From NCBI GenBank assembly GCA_030153785.1, contig JASKLF010000006.1, positions 1 to 64,000 of the forward strand: a stretch of 64,000 nt of DNA. Reading direction: 5' to 3'. The translations under genes and the position numbers were made by a program. The stretch is from a bacterium (lineage in GTDB: Bacteria > Synergistota > GBS-1). Below, in pieces: positions 9,824-19,882 of the stretch. The notes under the pieces are model-generated. The model was given only the letters and a program-made list of their open reading frames with translations, made no database searches and was not told the DNA's origin. How positions within the stretch are numbered: the first letter of the stretch is position 1; each line of letters starts with the position of its first letter.

Positions 9824-10682
9824 ATTTTTCCTTTACTTTCTCCTTTATAATTTCCATCAGCTGAAGAACATCCCTCGCTTTCGCGCCTCCTATATTTATT
9901 ATAAAATTTGCGTGACTCTCCGAAACTTTTGCTCCACCTATTACCATGCCTTTACACCCCGCTTGTTCTATAAGTCTGCCTGCATAGTCTCCTGGTGGAT
10001 TTTTAAATATGCAACCCGCACTTTGGCAAGAAAACGGTTGTTTCTTCCTTTTTTCCCAAAAGACTCTAATTCTTTTAGCTATTTCAGCAGGAGTCGAAGG
10101 CTCAAGACGCAAAACCGCTTTCCATATAAACCAGCTTTTTTCCTGAAAATTAGAGTAACGGTAAGAGAAAAACATATCTCCGTTACAAAGCCTTTTAATC
10201 TCGCCGTCTTCTTGGATCACAGTAACTTGTTCTACGAGGGAACCTATTGCGTGAGAGTTAGCCCCTGCATTTGTCCATATAGCTCCTCCAAGGGAACCTG
10301 GGATACCTATAGCAAATTCCAAGCCCGATAAACCTTTTTCTTGAGATAAATTTATAAGTCTTTTAAGAGGAACACCTGCTTGAACTTCCACCCTAAACTG
10401 GTCAAGAAAACAAATCCCTTGCAAATTTCTACCATCCACAAACTTCAAAACCACCCCTCTAAATCCCTCGTCACTTATAAGAACATTGCTACCCTGCCCA
10501 AGAAATAAGACCTCAATGCCAGCCTCCTTACAAAAAGCAATTACTCTTCTCACATCCTCAACATCTTCAGGGATTATGAAATAGTCAGCGGGACCTCCAA
10601 TACCTATAGAGGTATGATTAGATAAGGGCTCTCCTTTTAGCACTACCCCTTTTATTTTAGTGAGAAGACGTTCTATTTTCAT
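9783..10682 (-). CDS. murB: UDP-N-acetylenolpyruvoylglucosamine reductase
   Basis: HTSIGIGGPA, GQGSNVL, GIPGSLGGA, NAGA, SAGCIFKNP, HANFIIN, LEPEI. Start ATG 10682 overlaps the murC stop (ATGA). Confidence 0.95.
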   Translation of the reverse strand: MKIERLLTKIKGVVLKGEPLSNHTSIGIGGPADYFIIPEDVEDVRRVIAFCKEAGIEVLFLGQGSNVLISDEGFRGVVLKFVDGRNLQGICFLDQFRVEVQAGVPLKRLINLSQEKGLSGLEFAIGIPGSLGGAIWTNAGANSHAIGSLVEQVTVIQEDGEIKRLCNGDMFFSYRYSNFQEKSWFIWKAVLRLEPSTPAEIAKRIRVFWEKRKKQPFSCQSAGCIFKNPPGDYAGRLIEQAGCKGMVIGGAKVSESHANFIINIGGAKARDVLQLMEIIKEKVKEKFGVELEPEIAIYL

Positions 10683-12016
10683 TGGCAACCCTCCTTAATC
10701 TTAACAAGCAGGGTCCTTCCAAGCTTATAAATATCCCCAGCTCCCATAGTAATAAAAAGGTCTCCTTTTTTCAACTCTCTCAAAAAAAATTCTTGCACAT
10801 TTTGCATATCAGAGAAGAAAACGGAGTTTTGTTTCCCCGCTTCTTGTAAAACATCGTAAATAAGCTTACCACTCACACCTGGGATGGGAATCTCTGAAGC
10901 AGAATAGATTTCAGTAACAGCAACAAAATCAGCCAACATTAAAGCCCTTGCTATATCCCTATACATTCTCAACGTTCTAGAATATCGATGAGGCTGGAAA
11001 ACTACAACAAGCCTTCTATCTCTCCATTCTTTGCGCAAAGTTTCTAAAACCGCTTTTATCTCCGTAGGGTGATGAGCATAGTCATCAATAAAAAGAATAC
11101 CCCCCGCTTCTCCCAATACCTCCATTCTGCGTCTAACGCCCCTAAATTCTTTTAAAGAATTAACGACTCCCTCTTTGTCCAACCCTAACTCTTTAGCCAA
11201 CGCCATAACAGCTAAGGCATTATAAAGGTTATGTTCACCAGTCACTGACAAATTAACAGTACCAAAACCCTCAACATATAGTGAACGAGGTCCCTTTTTC
11301 ATCCCCCTAAAAGATCCGCTTTTAAAACCATATGATAGACCCTTTAACTTCATACTTATTAAAACAGGGTCATCGCTATTAAATAGCACAACCTGTGATG
11401 CTTCCGCCAATTTGGCGATTTTAACCTTAAGCTCATCGAACCCTCTGTAGTTTTCTATATGCTCCTCTTCTAAATTTGTAATTATCAAATAATCCAACCT
11501 TGACAAATGGAGAAAGCTCCCGTCGCTTTCATCAATTTCCGCAACAAAATACCCTCCTTTTCCAAGCCTATAGTTACCACCTATGTATGGATAATCACCC
11601 CCTATCACTCCCGATGGATCCAATCCCATGTCGATAAGAACTTTCATAACCATCGCCGTAGTAGTAGTTTTTCCGTGAGTTCCCGTAATTCCTATTCTCT
11701 TAAAGGAATCCATAATAATTTCTAGAAGCTCTGCTCTATGCATAATCCTCAAACCCTGCTTAATTGCAAAAAGCAACTCAGGGTTATCCTCTTTAATAGC
11801 CGAGGAAAAAACAATATATTTTGCATCTCCTATATTGGACGGTTCATGACGATTAAAAATCCTTACTCCCCTTTTTGATAAAGCATCCAAAAATGGGGAT
11901 TCTCCAACATCCGAACCAGAAACCTGGACTCCCATTTCGTGCAAAATAAAGGCTAAAGCACTCATACCTACGCCACCGATCCCTATAAAATGGCACTTAT
12001 CCCCTAATTTAAACAA
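10679..12016 (-). CDS. murC: UDP-N-acetylmuramate--L-alanine ligase
   Basis: HFIGIGGVGMS, GTHGKTTTT, EIDESD, DDYAHHPTE, FQPHRYSRT. Confidence 0.96.
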   Translation of the reverse strand: MFKLGDKCHFIGIGGVGMSALAFILHEMGVQVSGSDVGESPFLDALSKRGVRIFNRHEPSNIGDAKYIVFSSAIKEDNPELLFAIKQGLRIMHRAELLEIIMDSFKRIGITGTHGKTTTTAMVMKVLIDMGLDPSGVIGGDYPYIGGNYRLGKGGYFVAEIDESDGSFLHLSRLDYLIITNLEEEHIENYRGFDELKVKIAKLAEASQVVLFNSDDPVLISMKLKGLSYGFKSGSFRGMKKGPRSLYVEGFGTVNLSVTGEHNLYNALAVMALAKELGLDKEGVVNSLKEFRGVRRRMEVLGEAGGILFIDDYAHHPTEIKAVLETLRKEWRDRRLVVVFQPHRYSRTLRMYRDIARALMLADFVAVTEIYSASEIPIPGVSGKLIYDVLQEAGKQNSVFFSDMQNVQEFFLRELKKGDLFITMGAGDIYKLGRTLLVKIKEGCQ

Positions 12017-13097
12017 GGCTTAATACCACCTTTCCCAAACACTCTGTAGGGTTTACTCTGTGCTTTAGCCTGAAAGCACCACGAACTATGGTATTCTTTT
12101 TAAGTATAGAATAAAGCTCTAAAGGATTTAACTTGCTATCTTCAAGCACAATCGCTTGACCTTTTTTCTCTAAAATACGTGCATTAAAGAATTGGTGATT
12201 CGCTGTGCTATAAGGGTATGGAACAAGGATGGCTGGTAATCCCAAAGCTTCGAGCTCAGCTATGGTATTAGCTCCTGCTCTTGAGAGAACTAAATCCGCT
12301 GCCTCATAAGCATCCCATATATTATCTATATAGGGCAATATTTTAAAAGCTGGCGAATTGCCTCTATCCAAATCGGCAAGACTTTGTTTCACTTCTTTGA
12401 AGTTTTTTTTGCCCGTGATAAGAATAATTCCCCACTCATCCAAGACATCCTTATATGCTGGCTCTCTAATAAGCCCCAATACGGAATCGTTTATTGTCTT
12501 CGCTCCTAAACTCCCCCCGAAAGCAAGCAAAACTTTTTTCCCCTCAAATCCCCATTTCTTTTTCGCCTTTCCCGGAGTAACTCTTAAAATCTCCTCCCTA
12601 ACAGGATTTCCAGTAACTACACATTTTCCAACCACACTCTCCCTTAAGAACTGTAAGGTTTCTTCATAGGCTAATGATATCTTATCAACAAACCGAGCTA
12701 ACAATCTCGTTGAAAGTCCAGGTATCACATCTTGTTCATGAATAAGAGTTTTGATTCCCAAAAGCTTCCCCGCCAAAATAGGTGGAACCTCCCCATATCC
12801 TCCCATACCTAAAACTATATTTGGTTTAATTTGCATCAAAAGGCTAATGCACTGCAAAAAGGCAATTCCCAGCTTGAGCCCCCTAAGAACGTTCTGAAAA
12901 CAAAATCTTCTATAAAATCCCCGATAAGAAAGCTCTTTGTAAGTATAACCTTTTCGCTCCAAGATTTCTCTTTCTCCCCTATCAGATGTCAAGAAGAACA
13001 CTTCAGCTCCTTTACTTTTTAAAAAATCAGCTAACGCTATTGCAGGATAAACGTGTCCACCCGTACCAGCAGCAGCAATTAGCACCTTAATCCCCAT
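12009..13097 (-). CDS. murG: Lipid I N-acetylglucosaminyltransferase MurG
   Basis: GTGGHVYP, GMGGY, HEQ, TGNPVR, GGSLGA, SRAGA, HQFFNA. Confidence 0.95.
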   Translation of the reverse strand: MGIKVLIAAAGTGGHVYPAIALADFLKSKGAEVFFLTSDRGEREILERKGYTYKELSYRGFYRRFCFQNVLRGLKLGIAFLQCISLLMQIKPNIVLGMGGYGEVPPILAGKLLGIKTLIHEQDVIPGLSTRLLARFVDKISLAYEETLQFLRESVVGKCVVTGNPVREEILRVTPGKAKKKWGFEGKKVLLAFGGSLGAKTINDSVLGLIREPAYKDVLDEWGIILITGKKNFKEVKQSLADLDRGNSPAFKILPYIDNIWDAYEAADLVLSRAGANTIAELEALGLPAILVPYPYSTANHQFFNARILEKKGQAIVLEDSKLNPLELYSILKKNTIVRGAFRLKHRVNPTECLGKVVLSLV

Positions 13098-14190
13098 TCC
13101 TAACACTTCTTTTTGCTATGCTTAGCAATATCCCCACCGAGGACATGTTGATCAACATGCTTGAACCACCATAGCTTAAAAATGGCAAAGGTAGTCCTGT
13201 GCAAGGAATAAAATTCGTAACACCCCCTAAATTGATAAAAGCTTGAGATAATATCAAAAAGGTAACACCCATTCCCAAAAGTTTACCAAAAACGGTATTA
13301 GCCTTCTTCGCTATACAAAACCCAGACCAACCAACAATACAGTAAAGGAATATAATTAGAAAACTGCCAATTAATCCAAGCTCTTCTCCTACAACAGAAA
13401 ATATAAAATCTGTATAAGGAGCAGGAAGATAATAAAATTTTTGCAATCCTCTTCCTAACCCCGTTCCCCAAATGCCACCTATACCAAAAGCCAACAAGGA
13501 CTGTATTATCTGATACCCATACCCTTTAGGAGATGCCCATGGGTCCCAAAAAGCCAATATCCTTTCCCTTCTATAGGGCTCTAACCATATGAATAAAAGC
13601 CCTAATAATGCCAGTAAGGTTACAACACCCAATACTTTCAAAGTACTCATCCCTGCTACCCACCATAATATGATACTGATTACAACTATAACGATTGCGG
13701 TTCCTAAATCAGGTTGAAGAATTATTAAGCCCGCTATAGTAAGGGTAATTATTAAAAGAGGCAGTAAAGTCTCTTTTGAATTATTAATAATTTCTCTCTT
13801 TCTTGTTAAAAAAGAAGCGGTATAAATAATAATGCTTAGTTTGGCAAGCTCAGCTGGTTGAAAAGTAAATCCCCATCCAATGTTTATCCATCTATGGGCA
13901 CCCCATCTTGCTTCTCCACCATGAAATAATACATAAATTAGCAAAAAAATGGAAGCAAAAGTTAAAGGCTTACTTATTACAAAAAGCTTCTCATAATCTA
14001 TTCTTACAAATAAACTCATTACAAAAAGCCCTAATAGTATAGATATTATGTGTTTTTTAAAAAGAGTAAATCCCTCTTCCCCCCTGCATCCAGGAGGAGC
14101 CGTAGAGCTCAGTATTTCAAGAACACTTATAACTAAAAGGAGGGTTACACTACTTACTAAGAGTTTTTCTGGAGATTTAAAACCGCCCGT
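13087..14190 (-). CDS. ftsW: Peptidoglycan polymerase FtsW (SEDS family); 5' end extends beyond the ORF-track ATG at 14019
   Basis: RWI, FQPAELAKL, QPDLGT, GYQIIQS, LPAPYTDFIF, GLPLPFLSYGGSS. The frame is open upstream to a stop at 14212-14214 and encodes two further hydrophobic helices. Proposed ACG start at 14190 is uncertain. Confidence 0.9.
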   Translation of the reverse strand, partial: TGGFKSPEKLLVSSVTLLLVISVLEILSSTAPPGCRGEEGFTLFKKHIISILLGLFVMSLFVRIDYEKLFVISKPLTFASIFLLIYVLFHGGEARWGAHRWINIGWGFTFQPAELAKLSIIIYTASFLTRKREIINNSKETLLPLLIITLTIAGLIILQPDLGTAIVIVVISIILWWVAGMSTLKVLGVVTLLALLGLLFIWLEPYRRERILAFWDPWASPKGYGYQIIQSLLAFGIGGIWGTGLGRGLQKFYYLPAPYTDFIFSVVGEELGLIGSFLIIFLYCIVGWSGFCIAKKANTVFGKLLGMGVTFLILSQAFINLGGVTNFIPCTGLPLPFLSYGGSSMLINMSSVGILLSIAKRSVRNGD

Positions 14191-15515
14191 TTGAAAATCC
14201 TCCCTCGTTCCTCAAAGTTAGAAAACATATCAAAGCTCGCACAGGCAGGAGAAAGAAGGACTACCTCTCCTTCACGTGCAATAGAATAAGCCACTTCAAC
14301 AGCTTCATCCATGCTAGAAACTGAAAAAATGCTTTCCTCATAAAACCCTTCTTTCAAAACAGCATCTTTGATAATTGGACCATCTTCTCCCAAAAGAATA
14401 AGCGCACGCACCTTTTCTTTTATCTTCCTCGCAAGATCAGAATAACCAGTCTTCTTTCCTCTGCCCCCAGCTATCAAAATAATAGGAACATCAAAAGAAT
14501 CCAAAGCCATAAGAGTAGAAATTACATTTGTTCCCTTAGAATCGTTAATATAGGTAACCCCGTTAATTTCAGCAACAAATTCCATTCTATGTTCCAATCC
14601 AGAGAACTTCCTTAAGACGTTTGCTATTGCTTCTTTAGTTGCACCCGCTTGATAAGCTATTCCAGAAGCGCATAATGCGTTTTCTAAATTATGAGGACCC
14701 TTTAATTTGATTTCGTCGGTCTTTAGAATTTTTTCCCCCAAAACTATCACTAAACCCCTTTCAACACCGGCTCCAACTTCGGGTAAACCGTCCTTCCAAA
14801 AAAGATATCGTTGGGAAAGAAATTGTCTTTCTCTAAGGTTTTCATCGCTAGCATTAACCCATATTTTATCATCCTTCTTTTGATTTAAAGCTATACGAAG
14901 CTTGGTTTCAATATAATCTTCAAAATCCTTATAACGATCAAGATGATCAGGTGTTATATTAAGTATAGCTGCAATCTCAGGAGAAAATAAATCTATAGTC
15001 TCAAGCTGATAACTCGAAATTTCAAGTACATAACAGTCTGCATCTCCATGATCCAATACAGCTCTGGAAAAGGGATAACCTATGTTGCCAGCCAGCACAG
15101 AGCTTATACCAGAAGATTTAAGCATTAAGTCGATAAGAGTTACAGTCGTACTTTTGCCATTCGTACCCGTAACCGCATATACAGGAGCGCAAGAAAACCA
15201 AAAAGCTATTTCTACTTCCCCATATATAGGTATGCCCCTTTGCTTAGCTTCTAAAAGCACCGGAATGTTAGTTGGGACACCAGGGCTTACAGCTATGAAA
15301 TCAGCATCAAGAACTTTTTCGCTATGATATCCAAATTCGTAATCTACCCCCAATCTATCCAGCTCCGACGAAGAAATTCTTTTTTCCACAGAATTGTCAC
15401 TGACAAAAACCTTGGCTCCCTTTTCTCTAAGAAGCACAGCTAAACCCAGACCACTCCTTGATGCCCCTATAATAGACACTTTTTTCCCTTCTACACTTCT
15501 TCTCATCCCCATCAC
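14157..15515 (-). CDS. murD: UDP-MurNAc-L-Ala--D-glutamate ligase
   Basis: SPGVP, GTNGKSTT, EISSYQL, NITPDHLDRY, NDSKGTN, SPACASFDMF. Confidence 0.96.
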   Translation of the reverse strand: MMGMRRSVEGKKVSIIGASRSGLGLAVLLREKGAKVFVSDNSVEKRISSSELDRLGVDYEFGYHSEKVLDADFIAVSPGVPTNIPVLLEAKQRGIPIYGEVEIAFWFSCAPVYAVTGTNGKSTTVTLIDLMLKSSGISSVLAGNIGYPFSRAVLDHGDADCYVLEISSYQLETIDLFSPEIAAILNITPDHLDRYKDFEDYIETKLRIALNQKKDDKIWVNASDENLRERQFLSQRYLFWKDGLPEVGAGVERGLVIVLGEKILKTDEIKLKGPHNLENALCASGIAYQAGATKEAIANVLRKFSGLEHRMEFVAEINGVTYINDSKGTNVISTLMALDSFDVPIILIAGGRGKKTGYSDLARKIKEKVRALILLGEDGPIIKDAVLKEGFYEESIFSVSSMDEAVEVAYSIAREGEVVLLSPACASFDMFSNFEERGRIFKRAVLNLQKNS

Positions 15516-16462
15516 CCAAACCTATAAATTATCAGTCCTATACTTGAAAGTGCCAACTCTAAAGTCCAAAAAAATCTAACCACATTTTTTTCTTTCCATC
15601 CTTTAAGTTCAAAGTGATGATGAAGAGGACTCATTAGAAAAACCCTTTTCTTTCTCAGCTTATAACTCCCAACCTGAATCATAACACTAAGAGTTTCAAG
15701 CACAAAAATACCGCCGATGAATAAAAGAAGAACCTCAACCTTTAAGATGATACCCAAAGAGGCCAAAATGCCTCCTAAAAACATCGATCCTATATCTCCC
15801 ATAAACATTTTAGCAGGGTGTCGATTGTATAAAAGGAAACCCAAAAGACTTCCTATCAGGATCACAATCACAAAAGCAATTTCTACCTTCTCCTTCCATA
15901 AGGATATAATAAAAAAGGAAACCAAAGCTATTATAGAACTTCCACAGGCCAACCCATCAAGCCCATCAGTTATGTTTACCGCATTCATACAACCTAAAAA
16001 AAGAAATAAAGCAAAGAATGGATAGAAAACCGCGAGGTCAAATACCGAGAAGAAAGGAACGTAAACCTCTGTGGAATATAACCCTAACAGTCGAAGAAAA
16101 AGCAAACATAACAAAGAAAAGAGGAGCTGGAAACCAAACTTTGTTTTGGCCTTAACTCCATCGCTTCCTTTTCGGATTTTAATAACATCATCAAAGACCC
16201 CAACAATGGAGCATAAAAAACCTGCTCCCGCCACAAATGCTACCTCCGCCGTAATTTTTTCTAGTAAAGCAAAGCCTAAGATTATGTAGAATGTTAAAAT
16301 AAAGGAAAGCCCCCCCATCGTGGGAGTTCCTGATTTAGCAAAATGGTTGCGAGGACCATAAGCTTTTATAGGTTGCCACATTTTAAAAACGATGAGGAAT
16401 CTCCACACTATGTAACCTACGAGAAGAGAAATTAACAGTGACAAAATAAAAATTTCCAACAT
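15512..16462 (-). CDS. mraY: Phospho-MurNAc-pentapeptide translocase
   Basis: KSGTPTMGG, DD, NAVNITDGLDGL, FMGDIGS, PLHHHFE. Confidence 0.97.
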   Translation of the reverse strand: MLEIFILSLLISLLVGYIVWRFLIVFKMWQPIKAYGPRNHFAKSGTPTMGGLSFILTFYIILGFALLEKITAEVAFVAGAGFLCSIVGVFDDVIKIRKGSDGVKAKTKFGFQLLFSLLCLLFLRLLGLYSTEVYVPFFSVFDLAVFYPFFALFLFLGCMNAVNITDGLDGLACGSSIIALVSFFIISLWKEKVEIAFVIVILIGSLLGFLLYNRHPAKMFMGDIGSMFLGGILASLGIILKVEVLLLFIGGIFVLETLSVMIQVGSYKLRKKRVFLMSPLHHHFELKGWKEKNVVRFFWTLELALSSIGLIIYRFG

Positions 16463-16471
16463 CGTGATTCT

Positions 16472-17923
16472 TTACCTCTCCATCCCTAACAAAACCATCA
16501 CCACTTCTCTATCAGAAAAGTGACGCCTTTGTCCTCTTATTTCTAAGTAATCCTCATGCCCCTTCCCTGAAATTAGAACGACGTCTCCCGGAGAAGCCTC
16601 ATTTATAGCCTTCTCTATGGCCCTTCTCCTATTCAAAACAATCTCATATCTCCCGTTAACAGACTTACACCCTTCAGCTATCTGCTTAGCTATATCTATG
16701 GGGTTTTCCCAACGAGCATTATCCGAAGTTATAAAAACTTTATACGCTATCGATCCCGCTATCTTCCCCATAAGAGGTCTGTTTCCAGCAAACCTATTAC
16801 CACCTAAACCGAACACACTGAAGATTCTATTAGGCTTCAAATTCTTAACAGCCTCCAAAACCTTCTCAAGAGCATCAGGAGTGTGGGCATAATCTATAAC
16901 TACAGTAGGAAAACCATCCTTCCTGAAAACCTCCATCCTTCCAGGAACCCCCTTGAGAGCCTCTATACCATCTTTAATAATCTTTGGGCTAAAACCCAAA
17001 GCAACGCCAAAAGCAACAGCAGCTAAAATATTATAAACGTTAAACTTTCCTATAAGAGAACTTCTTATGGAAATTACTCCCAAAGGGGTTTCAATCTGCA
17101 GATCCATACCATCAAGCCTAAGGGAAGCATCCTTCAGCTTGATATCAGCAGAAGCGTCTTTTAAACCATAAGATATAACTGGAGCTTTAGAACACCCTTT
17201 CATAAAACCGAAGCTCTCGTCATCGGCATTTAAAATAGATGCTTTTTTAACCATCCTAAACAATTTTGCTTTTGCGTTCCTATAGTTTTCAAAAGTCCCA
17301 TGAAAATCAAGATGTTCGGGCGTTATATTAGTGAACACGCCCACATCAAAATCTAAAGAATCCACACGATGTAACTCAAGAGAGTGCGAAGAAACTTCCA
17401 TAACAAGAGAATCATTCCCATACGTTTTCCCCTCATTTATAAATTCCATAATATCAGGAGCTTCAGGCGTGGTTCTTGAAGCAGGGATCAGTTTGTCTCC
17501 AAATTTATACTCTACAGTACCAAATAACATCGGTTTATACCCTGCCCTTTCTAATATAGATTCGATTAGAAAAGTAGTAGTGGTCTTCCCATTGGTTCCC
17601 GTTACCCCTACACATAAAATGTTCTCAGAAGGATTTCCATAAACCCACGAAGCAAGCCAAGGAAGGACTTCCCTAACAGATTTAACCTTAATTTGGGGAA
17701 TATCACAATCACAAAATCTCTCCACAATAGCAGCCACTGCCCCTTTTCTCTTTGCATCCTCTATATACAAATGGCCATCGGTAGAAAAACCAGGCACACA
17801 GGCGAAAAGATACCCCTCTTTCACTTTCCTAGAATCATGAGTAATACCTCTTACATTTTTTGCCAATACATCACCTTTTACCTCTACATTTCCAAGTCTA
17901 TTAACTATCTCGACTAGCTCCAA
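16472..17923 (-). CDS. murE: UDP-MurNAc-tripeptide synthetase MurE
   Basis: DSRKV, GTNGKTTT, TTPEA, MEVSSH, FTNITPEHLDFH, DYAHTPDAL, GKGHE. Specificity motif reads DNAR. Confidence 0.93.
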   Translation of the reverse strand: MELVEIVNRLGNVEVKGDVLAKNVRGITHDSRKVKEGYLFACVPGFSTDGHLYIEDAKRKGAVAAIVERFCDCDIPQIKVKSVREVLPWLASWVYGNPSENILCVGVTGTNGKTTTTFLIESILERAGYKPMLFGTVEYKFGDKLIPASRTTPEAPDIMEFINEGKTYGNDSLVMEVSSHSLELHRVDSLDFDVGVFTNITPEHLDFHGTFENYRNAKAKLFRMVKKASILNADDESFGFMKGCSKAPVISYGLKDASADIKLKDASLRLDGMDLQIETPLGVISIRSSLIGKFNVYNILAAVAFGVALGFSPKIIKDGIEALKGVPGRMEVFRKDGFPTVVIDYAHTPDALEKVLEAVKNLKPNRIFSVFGLGGNRFAGNRPLMGKIAGSIAYKVFITSDNARWENPIDIAKQIAEGCKSVNGRYEIVLNRRRAIEKAINEASPGDVVLISGKGHEDYLEIRGQRRHFSDREVVMVLLGMER

Positions 17924-17929
17924 TATTTC

Positions 17930-19585
17930 TCACCTCCAACCATAAATATCAAGGATGGTTTTCCCTACCTCTGCAAAAACAGGAGCAGCAACCTCTCCAC
18001 CATAGTATTCTCCACTAGAGGGTCTGTCAATCGCTACTAAAACCGTCCATCTAGGATCTTCTACAGGGAAATATCCAACAAAAGAAGCAACATACTTACC
18101 CTTTACATATCCTCCCTTTTCCGCTATCTGAGCAGTTCCAGTTTTACCAGCAACTTTAATTCCAGGGATTTTTGCTTTCCTGCCTGTACCATTCTCAACC
18201 ACTTCTATAAGCATCTTCTCGAGCATCATACATGTATCTTCAGATAGAACCCTTCTATACTCAGTTCTCTTTACTTTGCGCACTGTCTTACCGTCACTTC
18301 TGAGCTCTTTAACCACGGCAGGTTTAAGCAAGAAACCCTTATTCGCAATCGCATTCATAGCACAAACAGCTTGAATCGGAGTAACTCCTATACTTTGCCC
18401 AATTCCTATAACAACTCTGCTTAAACCATCCCAGTAATCAGGTTCCCTTAGAATACCTTTTTCTTCACCGGGAAGGTCAATGCCTGTATAACATCCAAAA
18501 CCAAAGGCTTTTAAATATTTATAAATAAGATCCGGCGGTATCTTCGCCGTCAACTTGATCATCCCAACATTGCAGGATTCCTTTAAAACCTCCGATAGGG
18601 TCAATTCCCCATGTGCCTTGATATCCCCCACCCTTTTGCCAGCATAGACAATATACCCTGGGCAAGAAAATTTCATTGAAGGGTAAGCTATAGCTTCCTC
18701 TAAAGCAGTAGCTACTATAAAGGGCTTCAATATTGACCCAGGTTCGAAAATCCAGGAAACAGCCATATTTCTTTCTCTATTCGGTGGATAGACAGCCATT
18801 ACCAGAACCTCGGCTGTCCTTGAATCCAGAACTATAATACAACCTCCTTGAGCTCCATGCTCGATAACAGCCTTTTTTAACAAATCCTCGCAGAAGGATT
18901 GAAGAACTACATCAATCGTTAAAATAAGTTCCCTTCGAGAGCTACCAAGAGGAAGCTCCAATAATTTTTCATCAGGAATCGCACCTCCACCTGCATCCCT
19001 CTTTAAGAATATTTCCCTTCTATCGCCCATTAGAAAATCATCATAAGCATACTCTATACCCGCCAACCCCTGATCATCCACCCCTGTAAATCCCAACACG
19101 TTCAACATTAAATCCCCATTAGGATAAAATCGCCTATTCTCTTCAACAAAACCAAAACAACGCATTCTAATTTCCTTCAACTTGCCTCTTATTTTTTCCG
19201 CTACTTCCTTAGAAAGATGTCTCTGAATCCAGACGAACCGCTTCCCATCGCCTATTCTATTTTCAAGTTCCTGAACTGATACAGAAAGGAGTTTTGCTAT
19301 TTCACTAATTCCCTCTCTGTTAATAACACAAGCAGAAGAAGGATAAAAAAATAGAGAAAAGCTAGGAACACTTAAAGCTAGTATCTTACCTTTTCTATCG
19401 TAAATCTCTCCTCTTCTCGAAGAAAAAGAAACAACTGTGTTGTGTTCTTTCCAAGCATACAATCTCAGCTTCTCTGCTTCAAGAACTTGAAGTGTAAACA
19501 CATGACTCCCAACAATTCCAAGAAGCAGAAAAAAGAATAACAAGACAATACTTCCTCTTCTTACTATCTTTTTATCTCCGTTCAT
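17930..19585 (-). CDS. ftsI: Class B penicillin-binding protein (FtsI/PBP3-like)
   Basis: RGEIYDR, RFYP, GIE, EPGSILK (SxxK), SCN (SxN), KTGTAQ; dcw position. Confidence 0.88.
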   Translation of the reverse strand: MNGDKKIVRRGSIVLLFFFLLLGIVGSHVFTLQVLEAEKLRLYAWKEHNTVVSFSSRRGEIYDRKGKILALSVPSFSLFFYPSSACVINREGISEIAKLLSVSVQELENRIGDGKRFVWIQRHLSKEVAEKIRGKLKEIRMRCFGFVEENRRFYPNGDLMLNVLGFTGVDDQGLAGIEYAYDDFLMGDRREIFLKRDAGGGAIPDEKLLELPLGSSRRELILTIDVVLQSFCEDLLKKAVIEHGAQGGCIIVLDSRTAEVLVMAVYPPNRERNMAVSWIFEPGSILKPFIVATALEEAIAYPSMKFSCPGYIVYAGKRVGDIKAHGELTLSEVLKESCNVGMIKLTAKIPPDLIYKYLKAFGFGCYTGIDLPGEEKGILREPDYWDGLSRVVIGIGQSIGVTPIQAVCAMNAIANKGFLLKPAVVKELRSDGKTVRKVKRTEYRRVLSEDTCMMLEKMLIEVVENGTGRKAKIPGIKVAGKTGTAQIAEKGGYVKGKYVASFVGYFPVEDPRWTVLVAIDRPSSGEYYGGEVAAPVFAEVGKTILDIYGWR

Positions 19586-19881
19586 CGTCTGAAGTCAAAG
19601 GATTCAGCCTTTACAAGAGGTTTATCAACAATTTCTAAATAAACAACCTTATTTCCGTCAATAAATCTGAAATTATTATTCTCAATATATTCTTTTACCT
19701 TCTTAAACGAAGTCAATTCCCCTATAGTTAATAGAAGCTCTTGTCGTTTCTTAGCAAGAGCTTCTACTCTTTTCTGCAACGCATCAACCTCATAGCCTGC
19801 TTTAAGGCTTACAACTTGGAACAAAAGAACAATAACCCCGTTTAGAATCAAAAATAGTATAATTCTACCTAAAAAACCCAT
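19582..19881 (-). CDS. Probable FtsL-like division protein
   Basis: Small protein with one TM helix and a coiled coil, between rsmH and ftsI. Call is positional. Confidence 0.6.
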   Translation of the reverse strand: MGFLGRIILFLILNGVIVLLFQVVSLKAGYEVDALQKRVEALAKKRQELLLTIGELTSFKKVKEYIENNNFRFIDGNKVVYLEIVDKPLVKAESFDFRR

Positions 19882-19882
19882 T

